Both the position numbers and the translations under genes were made by a program. From the sequence record OR896832.1: a DNA stretch of 64,000 nucleotides. The stretch is one strand, 5' to 3'. Numbering within the stretch: the first letter of the stretch is position 1; every line of letters begins with the position of its first letter. The stretch comes from Escherichia phage GoldenSnicker. Below, piece by piece: positions 62,078-64,000 of this stretch. A model generated the notes under the pieces. It did no database searches and was not told where the DNA came from. It saw only the letters and a program-made list of their open reading frames with translations.

Positions 62078-62370
62078 TAATTAATCTCCAAAAATCCAGC
62101 AAGACCTAAACCGATATAAGTCCAGATACAAAGGAAAAAGAAGCAAACACCCATAGCAAAGATAAATCCGCGTAGTGTCTTTGGATAACCTACCCAATAT
62201 TCCCGACCATCTTCTAACCGGATCAGCTTATTTCCTTGAGAGTCCATATCAATTACAACATGTTTATTTCTGGATTGTAACAGATATTGCTTGACAATCT
62301 CAATACCCGCCATAATAACAATAACGAAATTGAAAGTCCACATAACAAGGTTAATGGTAGTCTCAAGCAT
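62077..62370 (-). CDS. hypothetical membrane protein (97 aa)
   Basis: Track ORF; two hydrophobic helices. Confidence 0.5.
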   Translation of the reverse strand: MLETTINLVMWTFNFVIVIMAGIEIVKQYLLQSRNKHVVIDMDSQGNKLIRLEDGREYWVGYPKTLRGFIFAMGVCFFFLCIWTYIGLGLAGFLEIN

Positions 62371-62605
62371 TTTCTATCACCTCCACCCAATCAGGCGTTT
62401 CCTGAAATACTCCTTCGCCTTCGTGGTGGATGCATCCTTTATTGCTACAATACATCCACCAATCCCACATTCCCCACGGTAAACGCTGCATATCGTCGTT
62501 ACAGCAAGTGAAGACAATAGGCCAACCACATCTAACACATCGGCAGTTTTCCTTCATGTGAGCGGTATTAGGCTTCTTCATAGATGACTCCAATATAATC
62601 GACAT
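62363..62605 (-). CDS. Cys-rich small protein (80 aa)
   Basis: Track ORF; CRCVRCGW..CCNDD..C..GC. Confidence 0.45.
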   Translation of the reverse strand: MSIILESSMKKPNTAHMKENCRCVRCGWPIVFTCCNDDMQRLPWGMWDWWMYCSNKGCIHHEGEGVFQETPDWVEVIENA

Positions 62606-62772
62606 TTACATTTAGGGCAATGCGGTTCTTTAATATAATACCCGTCTGTCTTTGGAACACTAACAGGAGCGGTTTTTATATTGTATTCCGTGAAACAACG
62701 AAAACAAGTTACGTTTTCCACAGACTGACGTTTCACCCAATAACCGGAATAGAGGTCATTTTTATTTGTCAT
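62578..62772 (-). CDS. small zinc-ribbon-like protein (64 aa)
   Basis: Start at internal ATG after GGTGGTGG; CFRC..CPKCKC motifs. Confidence 0.4.
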   Translation of the reverse strand: MTNKNDLYSGYWVKRQSVENVTCFRCFTEYNIKTAPVSVPKTDGYYIKEPHCPKCKCRLYWSHL

Positions 62773-63217
62773 ATTCCACCACCACAATGTTAATGTCTGG
62801 AGTAGCAATATTAATGATTTCTTCTACACATTCCCACTCAAGGCCACCGATACCGCAACCGATTTTAGGGATATAGAAAGGCTGTATAGCACCTTCAAAA
62901 ACATCATTGAGAGTCTCAAATCCTTTCAGGATAGCACCATATTCAGCATTTGGACCCGGTCGGAATTGGGTATAGAGATTCACCCCGCACCAGTTATAAC
63001 CATTAACTTGATGCGTCCAGACACTAAACCCACCCAACTTTTCTACCTTACCGCGAGAAGTTTGCTTGTCAATCTCTAACGCTTGCGGGAACTCTTTCGC
63101 GATATCCGCAGCAATACCAGCGCCCATAGTATGAAAACAATTACAACCATGAATTAAATGACCGTTTCCTTGTTTAAACAGGGCGATGAGATCGCCCTTT
63201 ACAGTATCAATAATCAT
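62762..63217 (-). CDS. macro-domain protein (ADP-ribose binding/hydrolase-like)
   Basis: 151 aa; ..HGCNCFHTMGAGIAADIA.. and ..IGCGIGGLEW.. match macro-domain glycine-rich pockets; RBS AGAGGTTTATAAT. Confidence 0.7.
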   Translation of the reverse strand: MIIDTVKGDLIALFKQGNGHLIHGCNCFHTMGAGIAADIAKEFPQALEIDKQTSRGKVEKLGGFSVWTHQVNGYNWCGVNLYTQFRPGPNAEYGAILKGFETLNDVFEGAIQPFYIPKIGCGIGGLEWECVEEIINIATPDINIVVVEYDK

Positions 63218-63232
63218 ATTATAAACCTCTAA

Positions 63233-63592
63233 TTAGTCACGGGAAGACAACCCAGCCATAAAACGGCTTAACAGTGTGTCGCGATAAGCAAAGCATAATT
63301 GCTTATCAGGGGCAGTATCACAAAGGTTGCGTTTTGTTTTAGCAAAGCTGGCAATACTCAGATCCCACGCTCGATTTTTTCGTTTTTCGTCTCGACCTTG
63401 TTTGTATGCTTCATCAAGTTCGAGCGCGATAAAATCACTACACATGTTATCATCATCACAGAAAGTTTTAATGATCTTTTTGTTGATCTCAAATCCTTTG
63501 TATTCAAACTTTGGATAAGGGCGCTCATTACTAGCAAGCGCACCAGCAGAGAACATCATAGCAATCATAGCAATTATTGTCAACTTTTTCAT
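63233..63592 (-). CDS. secreted/periplasmic protein (119 aa)
   Basis: Signal peptide MKKLTIIAMIAMMFSAGALA; four cysteines; directly downstream of SLT-like gene. Confidence 0.5.
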   Translation of the reverse strand: MKKLTIIAMIAMMFSAGALASNERPYPKFEYKGFEINKKIIKTFCDDDNMCSDFIALELDEAYKQGRDEKRKNRAWDLSIASFAKTKRNLCDTAPDKQLCFAYRDTLLSRFMAGLSSRD

Positions 63593-63599
63593 ATATTCC

Positions 63600-64000
63600 T
63601 CAATAGCGTTTAGTTTTAAGAATGCCTTTACTCTTTAGATGGTTAGCCTTTTTTAGTACGTCATCAGCATAGCCTAACCCAGCTTTATAGTTCCATCCAG
63701 CATTGTAAGAAGCTAGCGCGAGTCGGATATTACCGTTTCTAACATCCAGCCAGTATGCTAACTCATCCATCGCGTAGAATGCAGAAACCTCGCGATTCAT
63801 GATAAAGTTGATAGTCTGGAGATCACTCATTTTAACACCGCGCTTTGCATTTTTCGCTTTCACCGTTTTAAGGTAATTTTGAAATAATCCATAAGCATGA
63901 TGATTTTTCTTTGGTGCTAAGTTTGCACCCGCGCTTGATTCTTGCCATGCGATACCCGCCAGGATGTGACCTAAACCCTTTCCGTTATAGCGAATATTCG
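63600..64000 (-). CDS. lytic transglycosylase-like protein (SLT domain), N-terminus beyond window end
   Basis: Frame open from 64000 to stop at 63600; ..WQESSAG..YGLFQ..SYNAGWN.. SLT catalytic motifs (E-S, GLxQ, AYNxG). Confidence 0.6.
   Translation of the reverse strand, partial: NIRYNGKGLGHILAGIAWQESSAGANLAPKKNHHAYGLFQNYLKTVKAKNAKRGVKMSDLQTINFIMNREVSAFYAMDELAYWLDVRNGNIRLALASYNAGWNYKAGLGYADDVLKKANHLKSKGILKTKRY

Noticed and set aside
1-64000. CRISPR arrays, integrases, transposases, homing endonucleases
   Set aside because: No repeat-spacer arrays and no ORFs with recombinase or HNH/GIY-YIG homing-endonuclease features; the repeated elements are promoter cassettes, not mobile-element ends

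Overview
This window reads as a 64-kb segment of a T4-like (Tevenvirinae-type) myovirus genome; all calls are from reading the sequence and ORF track against recalled T4 proteins and gene order, with no database search run. Left end (+ strand): the 3' end of the long-tail-fiber late operon, with a 5'-partial gp36-like ORF, gene 37 carrying a C-terminal intramolecular-chaperone-like domain, a 79-aa ORF and holin t, closed by a bidirectional terminator. The remaining ~59 kb is a single minus-strand array of early/middle genes in T4 order: 52, rIIB, rIIA, unsplit 39, dexA, dda, gp56-like, 61, 41, uvsX, 43, regA, 62, 44, 45, 46, 47, 55, nrdH-like, nrdG, nrdD, 49, nrdC, dam, tk, a macro-domain protein and a partial SLT-like transglycosylase, interspersed with about 80 small ORFs. 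No tRNA, CRISPR array, integrase, transposase or homing endonuclease was seen. Most notable: (1) an orphan T2-type gp38-like glycine-rich adhesin gene at 58086..58865, far from gene 37 and bracketed by terminators; (2) at least 20 near-consensus sigma70 promoters embedded in conserved stem-loop/leader cassettes resembling PeSL elements, some with paired GATC sites in palindromic spacers; (3) an expanded paralogous gene family flanking nrdG/nrdD; (4) a 489-aa P-loop NTPase of unknown function beside gene 55; (5) no beta-gt/42, alpha-gt, motA or asiA in their T4-syntenic slots. Promoter and terminator coordinates are approximate (about +/-2 nt).
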